Positions 26,614 through 36,238 of a stretch of 64,000 nucleotides of DNA are shown here, piece after piece. The DNA comes from an uncultured Gemmatimonadaceae bacterium (lineage in GTDB: Bacteria > Gemmatimonadota > Gemmatimonadetes > Gemmatimonadales > Gemmatimonadaceae). Each line of letters opens with the position of its first letter. Position 1 is the first letter of the stretch. The DNA is taken from assembly GCA_963822945.1 (NCBI GenBank), contig CAWGJO010000021.1:128001-192000 (forward strand). The letters are read 5' to 3'. Below the pieces are notes generated by a model, which saw only the letters and a list, made by a program, of their open reading frames with translations, had not been told where the DNA came from and ran no database searches. Both the position numbers and the translations under genes were made by a program.

Positions 26614-27702
26614 ATGTCAGAAGATGAAGGCCCGGTGTTTCGCTTTTTGCACCGGATCGGCGTGCCTGAAGGAATGGAGCAGCTGGTGCTCACCTTCGGC
26701 ACCGTCGCCATCTTCGGCATCGCCTTCGCGGCGTACTGGTTCGGAGAGCGCGTCCGCGTGGCCCGCGGCGGTATGTCCGACGACACCTACGTCGTGATCA
26801 AGTGGGGCTCGGACGCGCCCATCCCGGTGGACGTGAACGGCGACGGCGTGGAGGACATCGTTGGCGTGTACGTGGGCAAGCCCCGCGGCCGCTACCTGGG
26901 CGCTTTCAACGGCGTGGACAAGAAGCCGCTGTGGCGCTTCGGCCCCATCGACATCGCAACCGCGGTGGCAGGCGGTCTACCGCAATTCGGGAAGCAAGGT
27001 GACCTGCTGCTCTTGCACCAGAAGCGGCAGGGCACCGTCTTGAACGTCCACGACGGAAAGCCCACGGCAAAGTTCCCGCTACCGAACGCGCGCCTCGTGT
27101 GCGCCGGCGAGACCCCGACTTCGCCGTTAGTGCTGGGCACGACGTCACGCCGACCATCCGTTGCAAGTGGACATCTGCGACCGGCGCTCAGACCCCGCTG
27201 GACGGGTCGCCGCGTTTGCCAGCGCAGCATGGCCCATGCGCGCCAGACCGACGTCGCAACGCTCGGTGATCTCGCGCAGCACAAGCAGAGCTGGGCACTC
27301 GTCGATGGCACCACCGTCGTAGGCGTCGCCAACGGCCCTACCACCATTCCCACTGCGTACGGCTTCTCCGGCGAGGAGCGCGAGCCGAAATGGCAAACCG
27401 TATTGCTCCCCAGCGCCAAGCCCGGCGCTCTCGTGCTCGGCTCGAATCACGCGGATCTGGCCGGCGGCCGAGCCTTCATCGGCTACTGGTCGCAGACGGA
27501 CAAGAAGCAATGGGTGCTGGCCCTGGATGCCAAGACGGGCAAGGAACTGTGGCGCAGCCCCATCGACTCACCCGGCAGCTTCATGAAGAGCGTCTCTGCA
27601 TCGGAAAACCGAGTCTACGTCGTCGTGGGGGACTACCTGGTCGTCCTGGACGCCAAGACCGGCAAGGTCGTTCTCGACCTGGGCGTGGGCGACGACGAGT
27701 AG
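26614..27702 (+). CDS. Membrane-anchored PQQ-like beta-propeller protein
   Basis: One TM; DVNGDGVEDIVG; ALDAKTGKELWRS and VLDAKTGK repeats. Confidence 0.75.
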   Translation: MSEDEGPVFRFLHRIGVPEGMEQLVLTFGTVAIFGIAFAAYWFGERVRVARGGMSDDTYVVIKWGSDAPIPVDVNGDGVEDIVGVYVGKPRGRYLGAFNGVDKKPLWRFGPIDIATAVAGGLPQFGKQGDLLLLHQKRQGTVLNVHDGKPTAKFPLPNARLVCAGETPTSPLVLGTTSRRPSVASGHLRPALRPRWTGRRVCQRSMAHARQTDVATLGDLAQHKQSWALVDGTTVVGVANGPTTIPTAYGFSGEEREPKWQTVLLPSAKPGALVLGSNHADLAGGRAFIGYWSQTDKKQWVLALDAKTGKELWRSPIDSPGSFMKSVSASENRVYVVVGDYLVVLDAKTGKVVLDLGVGDDE

Positions 27703-27757
27703 CTCGCCGGCACGCGTTGCGTGAACGCGCGTGGGCCCTGCAACCGTTGCTGCCGCG

Positions 27758-27949
27758 CTACGTGTGGTGCCGGCGGTGTCGGTCCTCGTCCTGCTGTCGT
27801 GCCCACTCCGTCGCGACGACGAAAGCGACCACGACCGTGGCATAGAAGAGGCCGACGACCACGAAGTACCAACTGTTCAGCAGCGCGAAGATCGCGGCGG
27901 CAATGACTGCCAGACTGAACCACTGAATGATCTTCCAATGCTCGTTCAT
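27758..27949 (-). CDS. 63-aa two-TM small membrane protein (copy 1)
   Basis: MNEHWKIIQW...WYFVV.GLF...EWAR; 39/63 identical by hand alignment to 33482-33673. Confidence 0.8.
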   Translation of the reverse strand: MNEHWKIIQWFSLAVIAAAIFALLNSWYFVVVGLFYATVVVAFVVATEWARQQDEDRHRRHHT

Positions 27950-27965
27950 GACGTCCTCCAAGAAG

Positions 27966-27981
27966 AGCAACGCCCGTGCCA
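27966..27981 (-). promoter_or_regulatory. sigma54 -24/-12 promoter
   Basis: Minus strand TGGCACGGGCGTTGCT matches consensus TGGCACG-N4-TTGCW; 16 nt before the ATG. Confidence 0.8.
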
Positions 27982-28060
27982 CCCCGAACCGAAAAAAGAA
28001 GATCCTTCCGTAGGGGATCCCTGCCGCACTCCGTCGGACCCTGTGAACAAGGAGATAACG

Positions 28061-28444
28061 ATGGATAGGAAGACCAAGACTTTCATGGGTTTGGCTGCTG
28101 CATTTGGAATCCTGCTGGCGGGAGTGACGGCCGCCCACGCCGCTCCGAACGGACCGGGAGCCAAGAAAGCCGAACGCATGGAAGCCCGGCAGGCCAAGAA
28201 GGCCAAGGGCGCGCGCGGCAAGCACCGAGGCGCTCGCTTCCAGAAGGCCGACAAGAACAAGGACGGCTTTTTGACCGAAGCCGAGGTCGGCGCCAAGCGC
28301 TGGAAGCGCATCAGCGTGGCCGACGCCAACAAGGACGCCAAGGTGAGCAAGGCCGAGCTCCGGCAGGCCTTCAAGGACGGCAAGCTCGGCCACCGCGGCA
28401 ACAAGGGCAAGCGCGGCAACAAGGGCAAGCAGAAGAAGTCCTGA
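28061..28444 (+). CDS. Secreted, very basic EF-hand-pair protein
   Basis: AAGGAG RBS; signal peptide ending AHA; DKNKDGFLTEAE and DANKDAKVSKAE loops; Lys/Arg-rich. Confidence 0.82.
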   Translation: MDRKTKTFMGLAAAFGILLAGVTAAHAAPNGPGAKKAERMEARQAKKAKGARGKHRGARFQKADKNKDGFLTEAEVGAKRWKRISVADANKDAKVSKAELRQAFKDGKLGHRGNKGKRGNKGKQKKS

Positions 28445-28468
28445 TCACCCTCCAACGACCTCCAGCCC

Positions 28469-28509
28469 GCACCGCCGGACGCACCACGCGCGTTCGGCGG
28501 TGCACTTTT
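28469..28509 (+). terminator. Rho-independent terminator
   Basis: GCACCGCCGGACGC / GCGTTCGGCGGTGC stem followed by ACTTTT. Confidence 0.6.
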
Positions 28510-28791
28510 GAGTGAGCCGCGAACCACGATGAACGCCAGCTTCTGGAGGAGTCCTTTTGGCCACCGCTCATCGCACCTACGCGCGAAGAAGAAGAAACCG
28601 TTGCGAGAAGTCACCCTCGCAAGTTATCTTCGAAGGTTTTTGTCGGCGGCCGCGTCGATTTTTTTTGCATGAGTGCGTGCATCTGTTGGTTGCTGAGGGG
28701 CGCGGCGGGCGGCTATCTTTTTCGGTCGCGGCTCTGTCTCATTTGCTTGCACTAAAGCAGGCCATGCAGCGGACCGTTCACGAGCCATACG

Positions 28792-31700
28792 ATGAGAATT
28801 GCCCGCCTTCGTCGCAGCGTATTGGGCCTACTTTCCGTCGCAATCGCCATCGGCTGCACCAAGAACGGCGCACAATCAATCCAGTCTCCGACGCGCGCCC
28901 AGGGTGCGTGCGGACAGGCCCGCGCGGCCGCCGATCCCGATGCAAAGAACCTTTCGGCGGAGGAAGAGCTCGACGCGCTGATGGCGGGTGACTCGAAGAG
29001 CGGGCTGTGCACCGACGTCGCGCGCATCGCGGTTCCGCCCCTAGTGGTGCTCGGCGACGCGGACAAGGCTTGGCTAGGCGAGGCTGCGGCCGAGGTCGTG
29101 GCTGCCCGCTTGAGTCAGGCTGAGGGCACCAGCGTACTGGAGCGCGCGGAGCTCGAGCGCATTATCGAGGAGCTGGAAAAGACTCGCGGCGAGGCAGGTG
29201 ATTCCGTCGTCGGCGCGGGCAAGCTGCTGGGCGCGCGCCTGCTGGTGACCGGTAAGATGTTTCCCAACGGGGACGGCAGCTTCAAAGGTGTGATCAAGGC
29301 GGTCGCAACCGAAACCGGCGTATGGCAGCCCGCCATCGAGTTCGATGCTCCGCTCGACTCGTGGTCGAATGCCGTCGCGACCGCTGCAGAGCGATTGCGC
29401 AAGTCGCTGGGCACCACGGTCACGGCCATCAGCGGACCGCCGCCCCTCGATGCGAAACGCTTGGAGACGGCGGCACGCGCATGGAGCTCCAGTACCAAGG
29501 CAAGACGCTGGATGCGCAGCCGCTCTACGCCAGGGCCTTGGACCGCCCCAGCAGCGCGTGGCGTTACGAGGCGGAGTACCTAAAGCTCATGAGCGACCTC
29601 GGCATGCGCGATTGGGTCCAGGACCGCGCCGACAAGCTCTTGTCGGCCATGCCGAACACTGCGGCCACCTCCTGCGACCGCGCGCGCATCACCACCGAGC
29701 GGTATCGCGTGGGTGACAAGGGTAGCGTGCGGGGCATGCGGCAGGCGGTGCGACTGGCCGCTTCGTGCGGAGACCCGGCGGTGATGGTCAACGCCCTCCT
29801 TCGCTACGAGCAGCAGGTGGGAAAAGTGTACGCACCGGCAGCAAATCGCGCCGTCGAGCTGGCCCAACAGCTCGCCCCCAAGGGCGGTGCTCTGTCGGAG
29901 TGTAGCGTGCGCTTTCACGCACTCTTCAACGATATCCATCGCAGGCTGCAGCGCGGCGAGAATGCTTCGAAAGACTGGCGCGATGTCGCCGGGCTCTGCG
30001 TCAAAGCCGGCAACTATCGAACCGGCGCCATCGCTCTTGGCAACGCCGCCGGCGAGGCGCGTACCGGCAAGCAACGCATCGAGCTCCGCGAGAAGGCTCT
30101 GAAGATGGCGCAAGGGGTGGGCGGTGCGTATCTCGACGAAGCCTATGTGTACTTGGCTGAGGAGCTCCGTTCGCAGGGCTATCCCAGCAAGGCAGACAAG
30201 ATGCTGCTCGATGCGATGGCCCATCGCCTCGACAAGATCATTGCGCTACACGGTGGCTTGCCCGACCCGGCCTCGCGGCTCGACGCGGATCTGCTCGCGC
30301 GCACGGGTGTGAAGTCGCCGTCGGCGCCCAAGCGCTCCCTCAACGAGGGCGACGCGCTGTTGGCCAAGGCTTACAACGTGGACCTGGCTTCGTTGCTCCG
30401 TGAGTGGGCCAAGCGAACCGCCCCCGAGTCTCAGCGACAGGCCAACGTCTAACGAGCGTCGCCGCGCTCTTGGATCCGCCGGAGGACGGCGTCGATCTGG
30501 AGTCGCTGGAAGGTCAAGAAAAGCTCGAAAAGAGCCTAGCACGCAGCGGCATGACCCTGGCCGAACTCAGCGGAGCGAACGAAGCTCCACTCAGGGGTGA
30601 CAGCGCCGACTTGCGAAAAGCCTTCGACGCACTGTGGGTGCGCTACTGGGAGCTCAAGGGGAACAGTGAGGCCGTCGAAGCCGAGCGCGAACGAGTGGTG
30701 AGCTTGGCCAAGAAGGTCGCCTCCTGGCTAGAAGAACCCCACACCAACTTGAATGCGTTGCGTCTCGAAGCGCTAATGCTCGCTTCGCACGGCAAGACCG
30801 ATGCGGCGCAAGCCGCCATCACGGCTGCACGCCGAATGACAGAGCAGCAACCCGCGATGCTGTACTTCACCTTGAACGACGCCGCAGCCGTGGCGGCGAA
30901 CGTGCGTCCCAAGGCCAAGGTGGCCGCCTACACGGCGCGCCTGGATGCCGCGCGCGTACTCACGAACCGCCAGCGCGCTCAAGCAGCGTACGATCTCGGG
31001 TATGCCGCGATCGGCGTCGATTCCTCCGCGACGCAAGCAGCCAAGAAAGAGCTCCGCGACATCGAAGCTCAGACGGAGAGAAAGCGGCAACTACGAGACG
31101 GCGGCGTCCTGTCTCTCCAACCTGGCCTGGCTCGAGAATGCGTCAAGTGCATGCTACCGGCACGGTCGAAGCGATTGCGCTGCAACGCCGTCGCGCAGAG
31201 GTCATCGAAAAGCTCGGCGACCCATTGCGCTCGCTCGAAGCTCAGGCGGACGTGCTGCTCACGCGATCTCGCGAGCGTACTCGCACCAGTATCGCGGCGG
31301 CGCGGAGAAGGCCCTCGAGGCTAATCGCATGGTCGGTCTGCTGAAGATCGACGGCATCGGCATGAAAGCCCGGGCGTTGGCCAAGGCGGGCCGCTATCGC
31401 GAAGCGGCACGAGTCGTGGCGCGATTGCCCTCTCGGACCTCCAAGATAGACGCGCTGGCGGCAGAAGCCCTGGGAATGGGCCGGTCACTTCGAGGACAGC
31501 GCTGAGCACCCCAGCTTGGTCGGCAGCCTGTATTCGAAACGCGCCTTCCTCACCAAGAGCGCTTCAAAGGCTCGGGAGTTTCGCAAGAAGTCGACCGAGG
31601 CCTACCTGAAAGCGAAGGACGTGGCTAAAGCCGCAGCCCAGCTCGAGTACAGCTTGAAGAACTCCGCCAACAACGACGACTTCGCGACACTGCTGGATCG

Positions 31701-32707
31701 AGTGCATGGACGTCGTCAAAGGCGCGCCCGCCTACGAGGCAGAGTGCGCCCGGGGTGCCATGCACTACGCGAACAAGGACACCGGGCTCTCGGCCGCAAC
31801 GCTGAATCGAGTCGTTGCCCTCGGCCAGCGCGCCCTGCCCGAATTCGACAAGGCCTTCGGCCCCATCGACCGCATCACCTACCGCGGCTACCTGTCCGCG
31901 ACCTACGCGCTCGCGGGCAATCAAGCCGAGAGTCGCAAAATCAACGCCTACGTGCGTGACTACTACACGCGCGCCTCACCCAACCCCTACCAGCTGGTGA
32001 CCTACCTCGCCCGAGTGGGTGGTGCCATCGAGAACAAGTATCCCGCCTACGCGACGGAGCTGTTCCTCGAGTTCGACCGTGTCAACGGCGCGAGCGACTA
32101 CTGGAAAGCCAGCGCCTATTACAAATACGCAGAGACGGCACGATTGGCCGGCAACACCCAGGCCGAAAGTCGCTTCATGCAGATCGGCCGGAGTGCAGCG
32201 CAGCGTCACCGGCAGTACCTGCTCTGGTACGACTTACAACCTCGACGCGAGGCCCTGGAAAAGAAGCAATGGAAGCGCGTGGCCGAGATTTACACGGAGG
32301 CACGCAATGGCGTCGCCAAGCGCACTCCGCAGTACACGCTGATGATCGACGAGCTCGACATGAAGCGCGCCCTCGCGTTGCACTTGGCCAAAAACCAAAC
32401 CGAAAGCAAGCGTGTGCTCAAGGAGCGTCTGAGCCAGCTGCGGTCGCCTGACCGGCGCACGTCCAAGCCAACGCCTTGTCTGGATGCCAACACGCTGACG
32501 GCAGCCGCCGCGATGGCCATGGCACGCGGCGAATGCAAGAGCGGAGCGAAGCTGCGCGAGCTCGCGAAACAGAGCAAGAACGCTTGCATCCAGGAAACCT
32601 GCTACCCGGCGCCCTACGGCGTGACTTGGTGTGACCGCCCCAGCGCGATCGTGGAAATGGAGAACGCATGTCGCAAGCCCGTTACCAACGCCGATTCGCT
32701 GCTCTGA
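28792..32707 (+). CDS. Large lipoprotein (~1300 aa): CsgG/FlgO-like N-domain plus TPR-like helical region; several frameshifts
   Basis: Lipobox AIGC; WLGEAAAEVV..RL, VLERAELERIIEEL, GKLLGARLLVTG; consecutive overlapping helical ORFs 29322-30452, 30404-31324, 30945-31505, 31516-31959, 31706-32707. Confidence 0.6.
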
Positions 32708-33366
32708 TCTGCGTCGTCGGCGCCACGGCCTGCGGGGGCTCGGAAACACCCCCGCCGGCCAGCCCCGTCCAAGAGCGTCCTGCGCTGTGCTCGGCTCCGT
32801 TACCGGGCACGCTGGGTGCGACGCCACTCAAGAACGACACCAGCACTCAGGTCGATCTGGCTGGCAGTGACGACTTGCTGATGGCAGCGATGGACCGCTC
32901 CGGGTGCTTCACGCTGGTCGAGCGCGAGCAGATCGCCATATTGATCGAAGAGATTCGCTTGTGCGACGACGGTCCAAATAAGGACTTCTTCGACTGCAGT
33001 AGCTTCGCGAAAAAGGGCAAGCTGCTCGGTCTGAAGACCCTCGTTACAGGATCGCTCACGTTCTTCGAGCCGCGCGTCAAAGGCGCCGACCTCTCGGTCA
33101 AGCTGCCGGGCATCGGCGGCGTCGAGGCGGGCCGCGAGTATGCGGCGATGCGCATCACCCTTCGAGCCGTCGACTTCGAAACGGCCAAGATCGTGACCAC
33201 CGCGGAGGCGACGGCGCTCGTGCCGAGCGATCAAGCCGGGCTCGAGCTATCGGGCGGCGGCTTCGGCTTCCGCGCCGCTGCCTTCAGCAAGACGCCCTTC
33301 GGCGATGCGCTGAGCGGCATGATCGAAGACGCCGTCGAGAAGCTGTACGCAGGGATGCGCAGCTGA
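32668..33366 (+). CDS. CsgG/HfaB-family lipoprotein
   Basis: Lipobox ATAC; SGCFTLVEREQI..LIEE, GKLLG...LVTGSLTFFE, ITLRAVD.ETAKIV. Confidence 0.8.
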   Translation: MSQARYQRRFAALICVVGATACGGSETPPPASPVQERPALCSAPLPGTLGATPLKNDTSTQVDLAGSDDLLMAAMDRSGCFTLVEREQIAILIEEIRLCDDGPNKDFFDCSSFAKKGKLLGLKTLVTGSLTFFEPRVKGADLSVKLPGIGGVEAGREYAAMRITLRAVDFETAKIVTTAEATALVPSDQAGLELSGGGFGFRAAAFSKTPFGDALSGMIEDAVEKLYAGMRS

Positions 33367-33412
33367 GGCCTCGCTCCACCGTAAGAAGTCCTGGGCCCGC
33401 GCCCCCCTCGCA

Positions 33413-33449
33413 CCGATGCGCAGACTCGCACCACGGGTCTCCGCATCGG
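33413..33449. terminator. Long hairpin between convergent genes
   Basis: CCGATGCG-C-AGACTCG-CACCA-CGGGTCT-C-CGCATCGG. Confidence 0.5.
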
Positions 33450-33481
33450 CTGCGTCCCGCAAGGGGTCAATAACGCAACGG

Positions 33482-33673
33482 CTACGCGCGATTCACGTGG
33501 TGCGGCTCTTCGTCGTGCCGTCGTGCCCACTCGGGACCCACGACGAGCGCGACCAGCCAGGCCGCAAAGAAGAGCCCGAATACCACGAAGTACCAGCCGT
33601 TCACGAGCGCCACGATGGCTGCGGCGACCAAGGCCAGGCTCAACCACTGAATCGTCTTCCAATGCTCGTTCAT
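33482..33673 (-). CDS. 63-aa two-TM small membrane protein (copy 2)
   Basis: MNEHWKTIQW...WYFVVFGLF...EWAR; same length as copy 1. Confidence 0.8.
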   Translation of the reverse strand: MNEHWKTIQWLSLALVAAAIVALVNGWYFVVFGLFFAAWLVALVVGPEWARRHDEEPHHVNRA

Positions 33674-33689
33674 GACAACGCCCCGCCAC

Positions 33690-33705
33690 AGCAACCCTCG
33701 TGCCG
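33690..33705 (-). promoter_or_regulatory. sigma54 -24/-12 promoter
   Basis: Minus strand CGGCACGAGGGTTGCT, again 16 nt before the ATG. Confidence 0.75.
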
Positions 33706-33802
33706 GGGCCCCGCGAGAATTCGCTAACTGCGGCGGGGATGGCCCGGCAGGAGCCAGGCCGCGATGAACGCCGCGAACGCCATGCTACCAAGGGCTCTGC
33801 GC

Positions 33803-34783
33803 ATGAGCCCTTTGTCTCGCTTGTCGTGCGTCCTGGCGGGCGTCCTTCTGGCGCACGCCGCCCACGCCGCGCCGCCGCGCCACGTGAAGCTGGACTACGA
33901 GCGCAATGCCGGTGCCGAGCGCTGTCCGGACTCGAGCGAGCTCAGTGACGCCGTCGCTGCGGATCTCGGCTACGACCCGTTCCAGACCGAAGCCGGCGAG
34001 ACGCTCCGCGTTCGCATCGCGCGGGCCGCAGGGGAGCTGACCGCGACCATCGAGCTGTTGGATGCCGAGGGCGCGGTCACCGGCCGCCGCGAGCTGTCGT
34101 CTCCGGGCAAAGACTGCCGCGAGCTGGCCGCCACCTTGGCCCTGGCGGTGAGCATCGCCATCGATCCGGTGCACTCGACGAAGAAACCCGAGCCGAAACC
34201 CGAGCCGGCTCCGGCGCCGCCGCCCAAACCCGCGCCGCCTCCGCCCGCTCCGGCTCCCATCCCGAAAGTCGAGCCAGCGCCCGAACCCGCCTCCACGCCC
34301 CTGCATCTCCGGATCGCCGGCGGCGCTCATCTCGCCGTGGGAACGGCGCCGGCTCAGGCGCTGGGCTTTTGGGCGTACGCGGGCGCGCGCTGGCCGAAGC
34401 TGAGCCTGGGGCTCGAGGGGCGCGCAGATCTCGCCGCCGAGAAGAGCGAGCCCGACGGCAGCGTCAGCGCCTCGCTCTTGCTCGGGAGCCTACTCCCCTG
34501 CGTGCACCTCGGCGTCGGCTTCGCCTGCGCCGTCGGCTCCCTGGGCGTGCTGCAAGGCAGCGGCGAGGACGTGTCCCAGCCGGCCAAGGCGACCACGCTG
34601 TTCGGTGCCGCCGGCGCCCGGGGCGGAGTGGACATTCCCGTGAGCGACGCCGTGGGCATCGTCGTCCAGGCCGACGTGCGCGCCAATCTCGCGCGCACCA
34701 CGCTGAGATTGAACGACCGCGAGGTGTGGTCGTCACCGCCGCTGAGCGGCGATCTGGGGGTAGGAGTTCGTGGCGAGCTGTGA
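33803..34783 (+). CDS. Secreted protein with Pro-rich linker and probable C-terminal outer-membrane beta-barrel, ECF-associated
   Basis: Signal peptide AHA; CP...RREL...DCRELA..LAL.VSIAIDP domain; PEPKPEPAP linker; amphipathic beta-strand C-terminus. Confidence 0.7.
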   Translation: MSPLSRLSCVLAGVLLAHAAHAAPPRHVKLDYERNAGAERCPDSSELSDAVAADLGYDPFQTEAGETLRVRIARAAGELTATIELLDAEGAVTGRRELSSPGKDCRELAATLALAVSIAIDPVHSTKKPEPKPEPAPAPPPKPAPPPPAPAPIPKVEPAPEPASTPLHLRIAGGAHLAVGTAPAQALGFWAYAGARWPKLSLGLEGRADLAAEKSEPDGSVSASLLLGSLLPCVHLGVGFACAVGSLGVLQGSGEDVSQPAKATTLFGAAGARGGVDIPVSDAVGIVVQADVRANLARTTLRLNDREVWSSPPLSGDLGVGVRGEL

Positions 34784-34849
34784 CGGTCCCGCGTTGGACC
34801 GACAAAAATACAATGGAGTTACCGGGGCTTGGAGAAAGTTTCGGGGCTC

Positions 34850-34878
34850 CGTGACGGATCCGCCGGCCTAGGCCCAAA
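34850..34878 (+). promoter_or_regulatory. Putative ECF promoter (copy A, upstream of the sigma gene)
   Basis: CGTGACGGAT-N12-GCCCAAA, repeated at 36171-36199. Confidence 0.65.
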
Positions 34879-35422
34879 TGCCGAACGTGGCCCCTACGTC
34901 CGCCGTCGCTGCCGGTCCCGCGTCCGGGTTCGAGGCGATCTTTCGCGCCGAGGTGGGCTACGTGTGGAAAACGCTCGAGCGGTTGGGGGTGCCGGCGCGG
35001 GATCTCGAGGACGTGGTGCACGACGTGTTCGTGGCGGTGTACCGGCACCTCGGCGACTACGATCCGGCGCGGCCGATCCGGCCCTGGCTGTGCGGCTTCG
35101 CCTATCGCGTGGCGTCGGACTACCGCCGGCTCGCGCGCAACCGCTACGAGCGCGTGGGCGACGACACGGCGATGGATGCCGCGTCGGTGACGCCCGCCCA
35201 CGCCGAGATGGAAGCGCGGGATCTGGCGCTCCGCGCGCTGGACGCCGTGCCGCTGGAGCGGCGCGTGGTGCTGGTGATGCACGACATCGACGGCCACTCG
35301 GTGCCGGACATCGCCAGCGAGCTGTCGATCCCGGTGAACACCGCGTACTCGCGCCTGCGTCTGGCGCGCCAAGAGATCCGCACCGCCGTCGAACGGCTGG
35401 AGCAGGTGGAGGAAACCCATGA
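34878..35422 (+). CDS. ECF RNA polymerase sigma factor (possible start GTG 34887; probable indel near the 3' end)
   Basis: DLEDVVHDVF, RPWL.GFAYRVASDYRR, RRVVLVMHDIDG.S..DIA..L.IPVNTAYSRLRLAR. Confidence 0.92.
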
Positions 35423-36175
35423 GCGAGCTCGAACCCCTGCCCCCGCGCCTGTCGGAGCTCTTCGCCGAGGAGCAGAATCGTCCGGAGCCGGATGCGGCGG
35501 CGACGGATCGCGTGTTTTCGCGCTTGGTCGGCACGCTGGGGCTGCCACCCGGTGGTGGTGGCGGCGGACCCGGCGGCGGTGGCGATGGGGGCGGTCAGCC
35601 CGGCGCCACGGTGCCCCCGCCCACGACAACGACGCCCGGGCTGCTCGCGAGCATCGCGGCCAAGCCGGCGGCCATCGCGCTGACGGCCTTTGCGCTCGGG
35701 GCCGCATCGACGGCACTGGTCGATGCGTCAGACCCCGACGCCGACGCGCGCGACGGTCGAGCCCGCGGCGCCACGGGTGGTGGTGGTGCACGTGCCGTCG
35801 TCGGCACCGAGCACGGCGCAAGACGACGACGCCATCGAGCCCGAGGATCTCGCGCCGGAACAAAAGAAGCCTACTGTTCAGGTGGATGCTGGTCCGGCGC
35901 GGGACCGGAGCCTGGCCCGGGAGCGCGCTCTGATCTCGCGGGCCCGCACCGCCCTCGCCAAACGGCAGGGCGACGCCGCGCTCGCGGCGCTATCCGCCCA
36001 TGCCCGCGAGTTTCCCAAAGGACGCCTGGCGGAAGAACGCGAGAGCCTGCGCGTACAAGCCCTGGTGCTGCGCGGGGACGACAAGGCCGCGGCCGAGGAA
36101 GCGAAGAAGTTCGAGAAAAAATACCCGAACAGCTTGCTCAAGGGTGCCGTCGAGCAATCTTTGAGCTCGCCGTGA
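35419..36175 (+). CDS. Transmembrane anti-sigma factor with C-terminal TPR-like domain (frameshift ~35730)
   Basis: Gly-rich N-region, one TM, Pro-rich linker, LARERALISRAR..L...AL..L..H...FPKGRLAEERE. Confidence 0.75.
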
Positions 36176-36199
36176 CGGATTCGCGGGGCTGAGCCCAAA
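36171..36199 (+). promoter_or_regulatory. Putative ECF promoter (copy B, upstream of the lipoprotein gene)
   Basis: CGTGACGGAT-N12-GCCCAAA, identical elements and spacing to copy A. Confidence 0.65.
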
Positions 36200-36238
36200 C
36201 GAGGGTCGAAAGCGAAACGACTCACGGAGGCACGAGAC

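Noticed and set aside
34878..35933. 351-aa sigma factor with a long C-terminal extension or sigma/anti-sigma fusion
   Set aside because: The extension is an Arg-rich off-frame reading of the anti-sigma gene; the ATGA at 35419-35422 suggests a normal overlap with an indel
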